Below, one piece after another: positions 1-7,679 of a stretch of 39,993 bases of DNA. Position numbers and translations under genes: made by a program. The DNA lies in assembly GCA_034669905.1 (NCBI GenBank), contig JAXMOL010000067.1, positions 1-39,993 of the forward strand, written 5' to 3'. The notes under the pieces were generated by a model. That model saw only the letters and a program-made list of their open reading frames with translations. It was not told the origin of the DNA and did not search any database. This DNA is from Candidatus Hydrogenedentota bacterium (GTDB taxonomy: Bacteria > Hydrogenedentota > Hydrogenedentia > Hydrogenedentales > JAEUWI01). How positions within the stretch are numbered: position 1 is the first letter of the stretch; every line of letters begins with the position of its first letter.

Positions 1-288
1 CGGACGCGGTGAGACACTACGCTAAGCGGTAGACGTCGTAGTAACATCACGCGCCCTTTCCATACGCCGCAAGCAAGCTTGCTTCATGAAAGCGTAAGCA
101 AGTTACGCACTCCAAGGAGACGCTCTGGAGTGTGGCAGCTTGCTGCTACTTTGATAAGGGAGCTTGCTCCCGACGGACGTGGTGAGACACTACGCTAAGC
201 GGTAGACGTCCTGGTAGCATCACGCGCCCTTTCCATACGCCGCAAGCAAGCTTGCTTCATGAAAGCGTAAGCAAGCTTACGCACTCCA
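1..288. repeat. Tandem array of a ~174-bp REP-doublet (REPIN/MITE-like) palindromic unit; truncated by the window edge
   Basis: Partial unit 1-114, 11-nt linker, full unit 126-288. The unit is bounded by TGGAGTG...CACTCCA and contains short palindromes (GTGGCAGC-TT-GCTGCTAC, GGGAGC-TT-GCTCCC, AAGCAAGCTTGCTT, GCGTAAGC-AA-GCTTACGC). Confidence 0.9.
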
Positions 289-304
289 AAGAACACAACC
301 CGAC

Positions 305-2131
305 TTAATCCATGGGATGAAGCACGAGCCACATGGGACGTAGGTCTTTCTTGTCGAGTTCCGTTGCGTCTGCCCCCACAAATCGAATCTCACTCTTGTA
401 GCCCGCCTCCTCCTGTTCCCACCGAAGCAGCAAGTCCGTGGGATAGGCCTCCCCCTCACCGGGAAGGAGCGCGTCGGTCAGGTCCAGGAGCACCCAGTTT
501 CCATCCTTCAGTGTGCGCTCCATTACCTCATTGGGAATAGTTACGGCGGGCCCCTCTGCGAATTCTGGTTGTACTTGCGGTGGGTCGCCCTCTTCCGCTG
601 CGACAGGAGCCCATTCTTTTCCCAGCACATCATTTACGATGGACCAAACCTGAAAATCGTTGTTGAATTCCTGCAAATTTGAATCCTTCACAAAAAGGAC
701 CAGTAGAATACGACTCCCCGCCGGAGCCGCCAGGGCCTCCGCCTCCGGCACACTTAACACCCCGTTGTACGCGGCCAATTGCTCCACCTGGGCGCCCCGC
801 GACCGCATCACGAAGCCCCAGTTCATCGGGGATGTGACCAGAAGAGTACCGTTAAAGTCCTCCCTATCGGGGCGGGATAGCCCCCCACTCCAACGGAATC
901 CAAGACGACTCTCGCCAACCCCTTCTGCCTGATCGACGAGGTAGTTGGGGTATTCCCGGCGTAATTTTTTCCACAGGTTGTCATCCAGTTTGATGCCCTG
1001 TGCGGCCGCATGATCTTCCGCGCGCCATTGGGCGAACTGCTCCTCGAAGATTTCAGGCATGGTCAGATGGATATCCCCTCCATCTTCCGACACACGAAAC
1101 TCCGTGGACGGGTAACCATGGAATGCGATTTTCCGTATGTTACCCCCTCCCGTTCGCTGGCACAGACTCAGGGCAACATAACCCAGATCACCAACCACCT
1201 GGAGGGGATAGCGCTCTTGGCTGTATGAATGCCAGTGCATACCTGTATTGCCACGGCTGTCAAAGGCAATCAGTGCAGGTGACCTGTCATCCGCAATGTT
1301 ATCATCTCGCCCCCATTGACCCTCGTGATTGAGCCAGCCATCTATCCCAGCAACATACCTCGTATCCCCGCGTTCCCAACCCGACTCAAACCTGACTAAC
1401 ATAAATCGACTCAGATTCAGTGGGGGCTCGACGTCGAAGTGGATCGCAATCGTGCGAGGCTCCACATCGGGAAGTACCAAGGGCACGACGTGATCCATTT
1501 CACCCGCAAACACGGTTACCGCTTTCCCTTCTAGCATACTCATTCCCGCTGCGCTCCCTTGGTTGGCCCAAACGCTATAGGTGCCTGGCCGCATGGGGCC
1601 GAAGGAAACCAGTCCGTTCTGGTCCGTGTCCCGAGAAATTACAGCGCTTTCTTCTCCGAAGGCATTCCCCCGTAACATCAGTGACACACCGGCTGCCACG
1701 TCTCCGGTTTCACTGCCACGCGTCGCCTTCACCTTAAAGGAAACCATGGGGTTGGTGGCCACGGAGTTCGCCCGAAGAGCCTCCAATACCGTCTGGTTGG
1801 ACGTATTCATCTGCCGCACGACCAGTGCCATGAACACCACTATGGCCAGGCCCACCACTATCATCACGCCCGTTTGAATCCACTCACGCATCACGGTCTC
1901 CCGCATTTGATCCCACCACAGCCGCCGGGCCACGGTGTCGGGATCGCCAAATTTGTCGAGGACACGGCGCCACACCGTCTCCTCATCACCCGTTTCGTCT
2001 TGTTCGTGTTCTCGTTCCGTTGCGCAGGCCAGGTGGTCTGCGATTTCGTCCAGAATATCCTGCCGCAGCCCCGTGGGTTCGCGGGGGTGCTTCGCGGGAA
2101 AAGCCTGTTCGCTTTCTTTATCCCACGGCAT
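305..2131 (-). CDS. HAAS/permease-prefix-domain membrane protein with carboxypeptidase-regulatory-like domain and unique C-terminus (paralog 2, ~608 aa)
   Basis: N-terminal motif RQDILDEIADHL...VLDKFGDPDTVARRL, one TM helix (VMIVVGLAIVVFMALVV), then TDQNGLVSFGPMRPGTYSV. Start moved to ATG 2131 (MPWDKE), which follows GGGGGC. Confidence 0.8.
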   Translation of the reverse strand: MPWDKESEQAFPAKHPREPTGLRQDILDEIADHLACATEREHEQDETGDEETVWRRVLDKFGDPDTVARRLWWDQMRETVMREWIQTGVMIVVGLAIVVFMALVVRQMNTSNQTVLEALRANSVATNPMVSFKVKATRGSETGDVAAGVSLMLRGNAFGEESAVISRDTDQNGLVSFGPMRPGTYSVWANQGSAAGMSMLEGKAVTVFAGEMDHVVPLVLPDVEPRTIAIHFDVEPPLNLSRFMLVRFESGWERGDTRYVAGIDGWLNHEGQWGRDDNIADDRSPALIAFDSRGNTGMHWHSYSQERYPLQVVGDLGYVALSLCQRTGGGNIRKIAFHGYPSTEFRVSEDGGDIHLTMPEIFEEQFAQWRAEDHAAAQGIKLDDNLWKKLRREYPNYLVDQAEGVGESRLGFRWSGGLSRPDREDFNGTLLVTSPMNWGFVMRSRGAQVEQLAAYNGVLSVPEAEALAAPAGSRILLVLFVKDSNLQEFNNDFQVWSIVNDVLGKEWAPVAAEEGDPPQVQPEFAEGPAVTIPNEVMERTLKDGNWVLLDLTDALLPGEGEAYPTDLLLRWEQEEAGYKSEIRFVGADATELDKKDLRPMWLVLHPMD

Positions 2132-2145
2132 GGCACGTGCCCCCA

Positions 2146-2469
2146 GGGACTGCCTTCGCGCATACGTCACCGGGACGCAGTGCAGACCGCGCTGACTTCC
2201 TCGCAAACTGCGGTAGGGAAAGGCCAACCCCGATGCGCGAGGCTGTACCGGCTGTATGGCGTGTTGCTGGGGCTGGAATGTAGATGTGAGGGCGAGAAAA
2301 AAGTTCCCACGGCATTATTCTAAAGGGCACGACGCCCTCGCTACTCCCCGTCGCGACGTACTGCCGGGACAGTCTCGAAATTGGCGCTTGCCCCGCGAAG
2401 GGTGCGAATCTCGTTTTGCTCACTGCCATTGCTCCGTCCATGTCATTCGCCTGGTTTCGAGGCAGTCCC
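2146..2469 (-). ncRNA. Candidate 324-nt structured leader/intercistronic RNA, copy 1 (no family recognised)
   Basis: Closed by the inverted repeat GGGACTGCCT/AGGCAGTCCC, has nested stems, and is an ungapped homolog of 4569-4892. Strand is inferred from operon direction. Confidence 0.5.
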
Positions 2470-2478
2470 AGTGGCCCC

Positions 2479-4554
2479 TCATTCCACCACGTTCGGTGTG
2501 GGCACGAGTGTCGGTCTCTGTTCCACCCTTGGATTCAAGACCTCCCGGTGTTCCAGCTTGTCGTAGTGAATGCGGCCCTCAGTTTCGTTCAATGCTTTGG
2601 TCCCCTCCCACGCTGAAATTGATTGTGTACCCAACCAGATCGAACTATCGCTCACTTCGTCACCATCACGCAGCGTGAAAGACCAGAAAAACTCTTCCGA
2701 AGACTCTTCGAATCGCACTAGGACGCCGGTTGCCGGCTGGTCGCCGTCATCAAAGGCCGACTCAGGAAGAGGGATAAAAAGGGCTTTGTCTTGTTCAACC
2801 GCCTCTTCGACCTTCTCCGTGGCCATAGTCCAAAATGGCGTTTTGTCTACCGTGAGTGTCAATTCCCTATCGCGCCAGGGAGAACGAATGAAGTAGGCGC
2901 CCAAAACATTCCCTGCGGTGTCCTCCATGCCCTCGATGGAATCTGGAGGTATTGCGCGAGTGGTTCTGGTATTTGAGGGCGTCTCTACAGGAACACGCCC
3001 CTTTCCAAAACCAATCACTGGAACGGCAAGATAGTTTTCGGCAAGGGATTGAACTTCGCTACGTCGGGGAATACCCAACACGCGGGCCTGGGGCTTAATA
3101 AAACTACCTTCGCCCGTATCACTGACCACGCTCCGCGAAATCTCTCCCGGTGCGTGGAAGTAGCCGTCGTCGTTCCACAGGGCGGGAACGCTCTGAAGCG
3201 CGCCCCCGGCAGCCACCACAAACCTGTCAGTGAGCACATGGGCGGCGCGATTGAGCCAACTCACATATTGGGAGTCCGGCACGTTTGCCCTGTTGACAAG
3301 AGCGCGCGCATTGTGACTGTATACTTCCAAGAGGTCCTTGGGTGCTGCGACGGGGAATACATCTTCCGTGTTCGGCTCCAGCAGAATCATATCCGTCGAG
3401 TATCGCCCAGGTTCTTCTGCCTCCCGATCGGGATTCAGACTGAAACTGTGCTCTTGATTCCAGGTGTCCTCCTTGCGTTTGTATAATGAAACGGTTCCCC
3501 GAACACGAATTTCTCCCGCCAACAGGCAGGGAGCGCGCTCGATCTGATGGGTGGAAATCAAATGGGCAATATTAATATTGGCGATTGCTCGACGTCGATA
3601 CGGCGACTTGCCCCCTTCTCCCATTACCCATGTCCCCCCGTGTCCGCTCGCCACGTTAGACTCAGCCACCCAGCGCATGGCCCCTTCGGTTTCGGTCCAC
3701 GTTCCTGTCAATACAGCGCCGACAAGGAGATCTTCATCACGGCCATACTCGGGCAAGTCCCACGCGATGTGAATGGGTCGGGGGTGAAGATCGGGCACCA
3801 CATAGACCCGCTCCCCGGCGCCCTGCCCGGCAAAGAGGGTAATGTTCTCCCGGGCATGGAGTTGGGATTGGGGGTCATAAAAAGTGAGGGTGTAGGTGCC
3901 CTGGTTCAAGCGCTCGAAGACAACCCGGCCCTCTTCATCGAGTTCCGGCTTCAGGGTCAAATCCTGGTCGCTGGGTCCCTTGCCTTCGAAGGTGACGCGC
4001 ACCTCCGGGGCCGGTGCGCCTTCCGCGCTTCCCCGGCGCAACACGACTTCGACGGTATAGAGCTCGGCGCCCGCGACGACATCTTCGCTGGCCGGCAGAC
4101 CTGACAGGGCGTTAAGGAGGGCCGTGTTGTCCGCACGCTGGGCCGCAAGGGCCTCCATGAGGGCCTCGTTCGACGCGGCTACCTGCTTCATGGTGGCTTC
4201 CATGGCCTGGTTCGTTATGTCCACACGCCCCATCATCACGATAAGCAGGGCGACGCCGGCCACACTGGCCACCGCCAGCACGGCCAACACCCCCGTTTGA
4301 ATCCATTCCCGCATGACGGTCTCCCGCATTTGATCCCACCACAGCCGTCGGGCCACGGTGTCGGGATCGCCAAATTTGTCGAGGACACGGCGCCACACCG
4401 TCTCCTCATCGCCCGTTTCGTCTTGTTCGTGTTCTCGTTCCGTTGCGCAGGCCAGGTGGTCTGCGATTTCGTCCAGAATATCCTGCCGCAGCCCCTTGGG
4501 TTCTCGGGAATGCTTTGCCGGAAAAGCCTCTTCGCTTTCTTTATCCCACGGCAT
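2479..4554 (-). CDS. HAAS/permease-prefix-domain membrane protein with carboxypeptidase-regulatory-like domain and unique C-terminus (paralog 1, ~691 aa)
   Basis: Same N-terminal domain as 305-2131 (86 of first 89 aa identical), TM helix, coiled linker, then LDEEGRVVFERLNQGTYTL. Start moved to ATG 4554. Confidence 0.8.
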   Translation of the reverse strand: MPWDKESEEAFPAKHSREPKGLRQDILDEIADHLACATEREHEQDETGDEETVWRRVLDKFGDPDTVARRLWWDQMRETVMREWIQTGVLAVLAVASVAGVALLIVMMGRVDITNQAMEATMKQVAASNEALMEALAAQRADNTALLNALSGLPASEDVVAGAELYTVEVVLRRGSAEGAPAPEVRVTFEGKGPSDQDLTLKPELDEEGRVVFERLNQGTYTLTFYDPQSQLHARENITLFAGQGAGERVYVVPDLHPRPIHIAWDLPEYGRDEDLLVGAVLTGTWTETEGAMRWVAESNVASGHGGTWVMGEGGKSPYRRRAIANINIAHLISTHQIERAPCLLAGEIRVRGTVSLYKRKEDTWNQEHSFSLNPDREAEEPGRYSTDMILLEPNTEDVFPVAAPKDLLEVYSHNARALVNRANVPDSQYVSWLNRAAHVLTDRFVVAAGGALQSVPALWNDDGYFHAPGEISRSVVSDTGEGSFIKPQARVLGIPRRSEVQSLAENYLAVPVIGFGKGRVPVETPSNTRTTRAIPPDSIEGMEDTAGNVLGAYFIRSPWRDRELTLTVDKTPFWTMATEKVEEAVEQDKALFIPLPESAFDDGDQPATGVLVRFEESSEEFFWSFTLRDGDEVSDSSIWLGTQSISAWEGTKALNETEGRIHYDKLEHREVLNPRVEQRPTLVPTPNVVE

Positions 4555-4568
4555 GGCACGTGCCCCCA

Positions 4569-4892
4569 GGGACTGCCTTCGCGCATACGTCACCGGGACG
4601 CAATGCAGACCGCGCTGACTTCCTCGCAAACTGCGGTGGGGAAAGGTCAACCCCGATGCGCGAGGCTGTACCGGCGGTATGGCTTGAAGGCGAGTTTAGG
4701 TTGTAGACGTGAGGGCAAAAGCAGACTGCCGGACGAAGTTTTCTAAAGGGCACGACGCCCTCGCTACTCCCCGCCATGACGTACTGCAGGGACAGCCTCG
4801 AAATTAGCGCTTGCCCCGCGTAGGATAGGTCTACTGTTTCGCTCATCGCCCGTGCCCTCTCCATGTCATCCGCCTGGTTTCGAGGCAGTCCC
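4569..4892 (-). ncRNA. Candidate 324-nt structured leader/intercistronic RNA, copy 2
   Basis: Same length, same closing stem and same 14-nt distance to the downstream ATG as copy 1; offset is exactly 2423 bp. Confidence 0.5.
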
Positions 4893-4902
4893 CCGGTTGC
4901 CC

Positions 4903-5247
4903 TCATGCGAAGCAGTCGCCCCAGTGGGGCGTGCCCAAAACGCCGTCCACACCCACGGCATAATCGTTCCACTGGGCCCGTCGGGCCTCGAGTAGTTTGG
5001 CCCCCTCGGCGGTGATGCGGTAGTACTTTCGGCGCCGTTCGTCGTCCAATTGGACCCAGTAACTGTGCAGCATCCCCTGCCGCTCCATGGCGTGGAGGAC
5101 GGGATACAAGTCACCTTCTCTAAAGGTCAAATGCCCCTGGGAACGTTCGAGGACCTGTTCTACGATGTCGAAGCCGTAGGTTGCCCCGGGCGACAGGACG
5201 TGAAGAATCAGCATTTCGGTCATGTCCGCTTGAAAGGAATCACTCAT
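4903..5247 (-). CDS. PadR-family transcriptional regulator
   Basis: MLILHVL...TYGFDI...EGDLYPVLHAME...RRKYYRITAEG...W signature, 114 aa, upstream of HAAS-domain genes. Confidence 0.93.
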   Translation of the reverse strand: MSDSFQADMTEMLILHVLSPGATYGFDIVEQVLERSQGHLTFREGDLYPVLHAMERQGMLHSYWVQLDDERRRKYYRITAEGAKLLEARRAQWNDYAVGVDGVLGTPHWGDCFA

Positions 5248-5279
5248 AGGAAGATGGCCCGTGTGTTGCCGCAGGCGTT

Positions 5280-5329
5280 ATGCCTAGCATGTCTATACAT
5301 AGAATTCCACAAAACAGGCCGTGTGTCAA
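5280..5329 (-). promoter_or_regulatory. Putative padR promoter (-35 TTGACA at 5329-5324) with imperfect palindromic operator (5280-5300)
   Basis: ATGCCTAG-CATGT-CTATACAT (ATGnnTAG-N5-CTAnnCAT) lies just downstream of the promoter. The -10 box is not clear. Confidence 0.55.
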
Positions 5330-5363
5330 GGGGAAAATAGGGGGTAGGACACAGAGGACTCTC

Positions 5364-5810
5364 TGGCGTCTGGCAGCTTGCTGCTACTTTGATAAGGGAG
5401 CTTGCTCCCGACGGACGCGGTGAGACGCAACGCTAAGCGGTAGACGTCGTGGTAGCATCACGCGCCCTTTCCATACGCCGCAAGCAAGCTTGCTTCATGA
5501 AAGCGTAAGCAAGCGTACGCACTCCAAGGAGACGCTCTGGAGTGTGGCAGCTTGCTGCTACTTTAATGAGGGAGCTTGCTCCCGACGGAAGTGGTGAGAC
5601 GCTAGGCTAACCAGTAGACGTCTTAATGGAATCGCGTCCCATTCCCATACGCCGCAAGCAAGCTTGCTCCATGAAAGCGTAAGCAAGCTTACGCACACCA
5701 GGGAGACTCTCTGGAGTGTGGCAGCTTGCTGCTACTTTAATGAGGGAGCTTGCTCCCGACGGACGCCGTGGGACGCAACGCTAAGCGGTAGACGTCTTAA
5801 TGGCATCGTG
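5364..5810. repeat. Second tandem array of the ~174-bp REP-doublet-like unit (two full units plus one partial)
   Basis: Units at 5364-5526, 5538-5700 and 5712-~5810 with 11-nt linkers; same orientation as the array at 1-288. Confidence 0.9.
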
Positions 5811-5837
5811 CGGCACGTCCGACGCTCCCCCTTCACC

Positions 5838-7535
5838 CTATTGCTTCTTCGCAGCCAACTGTGCACGACAGTCGTTGAAGAAGGCCAGCACATCAGCTTT
5901 CTTTTCGAAGTCATCCATCGCCTGAAGATTGGCGATGCGTTCGTCGAGTTTGGCGAGGAGCCAGTCGACGGACCCGTTATTGGCGATGGGAGCCTCCCCT
6001 TTCATCACGAAGACCGGGTTGGTGTGGGCTTCGACGTCGGGGAGTCCGGCCATGGATTCGCCGTGGGCACGAACGGCGAACCACGTGGATTCCGTCAGGG
6101 GCAGTTTGAAGGTGTAGTTGAGGCGCTGGGGCAATTCATAGGCGGGTGTCTGCTGGTCGAGACGAATCTTTCGGACGATCGCTCCGTTGGCGACGACGTC
6201 AATGGCCCCCACGGCGGCCACTTCGGAACGGACGGTGAGCCGAATGGTTACGGTCTCTGCGCTTTCGTCGCGGGTCACCGTTTCGCCGGGCGTGGCCCCA
6301 TCGACGGAAAACTCCACCATGGGTCCGGTCGTGAAGAAACTATTGCCCGCCACCAGGGCATCGGTCCAGGCCTGCATGGAGGTGTCTTCTCCGAGCTTCA
6401 CATAGGTACGGCAATCCCCGAGGGCCCGGCAATAGGGATAATCACTCGCCCCCACGGCGGGAAAGCGGAAGCCGGCGTTGAGCATGTGATACCAGCCATT
6501 CAACCCAATGCCGCGATAGACGGCGAACTGGAGTAACTCTACCCCATCGGTCGCACCGGTAATGTAATCGGCGTAGATTTCTTTTTCATAGCCACCGTGG
6601 GCGTGAATAGCCCGGCCGTTGAGCCGGCGGGTTTCTTCGGCGACCTTGGCGAAGGTGGGCCACTCATCTACCGCCAGGACCTGATCGCGAAACACGAGGT
6701 CATCGGCCATGATGAGCAGGATATGTCCGTAGGTCGTGTTGCGGTATTCATAGCCCGAGCTGATGGTGTAGTCCCCCTGGCTGGCGATGGAGGCGGCCCC
6801 CATGCCCTGGAGCTGGGGCGTCTCTTCATCTTCCAAAACCCCTTTGAAAGTTTTGGCGTCATTGAGAGAAAGCATGAAGCCATTGCGAATGTCTTCGGCC
6901 GACATGAGGCTCAGGACCTTCGCCGTGTCGGCGTCGTCTTTTCGGTCGAGGTGGATGTGGGGGTCACCGGAATACCAGCCCTGGGCCGCCATATCGAGGG
7001 TGCGCGATACCGAGAGCGTCACCGCCTTCGTTTCGCCGGCCGCTACATGGACGACTTTCCGAAGGGGTCGGTACTCGAAGCCTTTCCAGACTTCGATGGT
7101 AACCTCGCCCGCAGGCACGTTGATGGCATCTTCTCCATCAGAGTAGAAAAACCAACCGTAATAGCGAAAGGGGCCTTTGGTCGTGCGATTCCCCGCGCGG
7201 TGAAGGCTCCACGGGGCCAGCGGCTTGTCGCCGGGCTCGTAGTAGTGTCCCTCGGGACCCACCACGTTCACGCGCCCCGCCGTCGGCTCGCCTGTGGCCT
7301 CATCAATAATGCGCAGTTGGACCAGACCCGTTTCTTCCCCCTCCGCCACCCGGGGCTCGCCCGTCGTGCCGTGGGCGCGGGAGGTGTGGATGTAGGCTTC
7401 GGCGGCAGGGTCTTGGGGGGACATGGGGCCATGGGCACCGCTATGGGCGAGGGCGCTACTCGAAAGGGCCAACACCCCCAAGAACATGATAGGAAGAACG
7501 GGGAGAAATTTGCCCGAAGCCGCTGAATTACGCAT
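5838..7535 (-). CDS. Secreted CehA/McbA-family (PHP-like) metallohydrolase
   Basis: Signal peptide; motifs GWYSGDPHIH, GYEYR..YGH, HAHG, WYHMLNAGFRFPAVGASDY, G.SFFTTGP, AHTNPV. Confidence 0.8.
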   Translation of the reverse strand: MRNSAASGKFLPVLPIMFLGVLALSSSALAHSGAHGPMSPQDPAAEAYIHTSRAHGTTGEPRVAEGEETGLVQLRIIDEATGEPTAGRVNVVGPEGHYYEPGDKPLAPWSLHRAGNRTTKGPFRYYGWFFYSDGEDAINVPAGEVTIEVWKGFEYRPLRKVVHVAAGETKAVTLSVSRTLDMAAQGWYSGDPHIHLDRKDDADTAKVLSLMSAEDIRNGFMLSLNDAKTFKGVLEDEETPQLQGMGAASIASQGDYTISSGYEYRNTTYGHILLIMADDLVFRDQVLAVDEWPTFAKVAEETRRLNGRAIHAHGGYEKEIYADYITGATDGVELLQFAVYRGIGLNGWYHMLNAGFRFPAVGASDYPYCRALGDCRTYVKLGEDTSMQAWTDALVAGNSFFTTGPMVEFSVDGATPGETVTRDESAETVTIRLTVRSEVAAVGAIDVVANGAIVRKIRLDQQTPAYELPQRLNYTFKLPLTESTWFAVRAHGESMAGLPDVEAHTNPVFVMKGEAPIANNGSVDWLLAKLDERIANLQAMDDFEKKADVLAFFNDCRAQLAAKKQ

Positions 7536-7679
7536 ACTGGAAACACCTTTGTTTTGACGTTATAGAAGCTATGGAGGGAACCCTGCCTGGGACCTTCCCT
7601 TCGATTCTACAGGATGGCGGAGTTGGTTGCGAACCCCACGCCACCACCACCCATCCCCCAGCCCCTATCAGGAAGTACC

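Noticed and set aside
1..288. 174-bp arrays (also 5364-5810) as a CRISPR array
   Set aside because: Units are homologous along their whole length, there are no unique spacers, the period is too long and no cas genes are present.
2132..2227. 32-aa N-terminal extensions of both HAAS ORFs in the ORF track (also 4555-4650)
   Set aside because: They start at TTG inside the structured element without an RBS; ATG 2131/4554 fits the domain boundary.
2118..2441. 107-aa ORF open in both copies of the 324-nt element (also inside 4541-4972)
   Set aside because: Differences between copies are mostly non-synonymous and clustered, and conserved blocks almost lack silent changes, which fits nucleotide-level constraint better. 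Not fully excluded.
305..4554. Diversity-generating retroelement or shufflon explanation for the paralogs
   Set aside because: No reverse transcriptase or recombinase gene, no adenine-specific differences and no inverted cassettes.
4569..4892. Element as a decayed padR pseudogene
   Set aside because: Only short echoes of padR (CGGGGCAA, CCTTTAGA, SEGVVPFR, RRYSLAHRG in different frames) with inconsistent spacing. This does not explain the nested stems or indel-free conservation. It remains a low-probability alternative, testable by TBLASTN/HMM.
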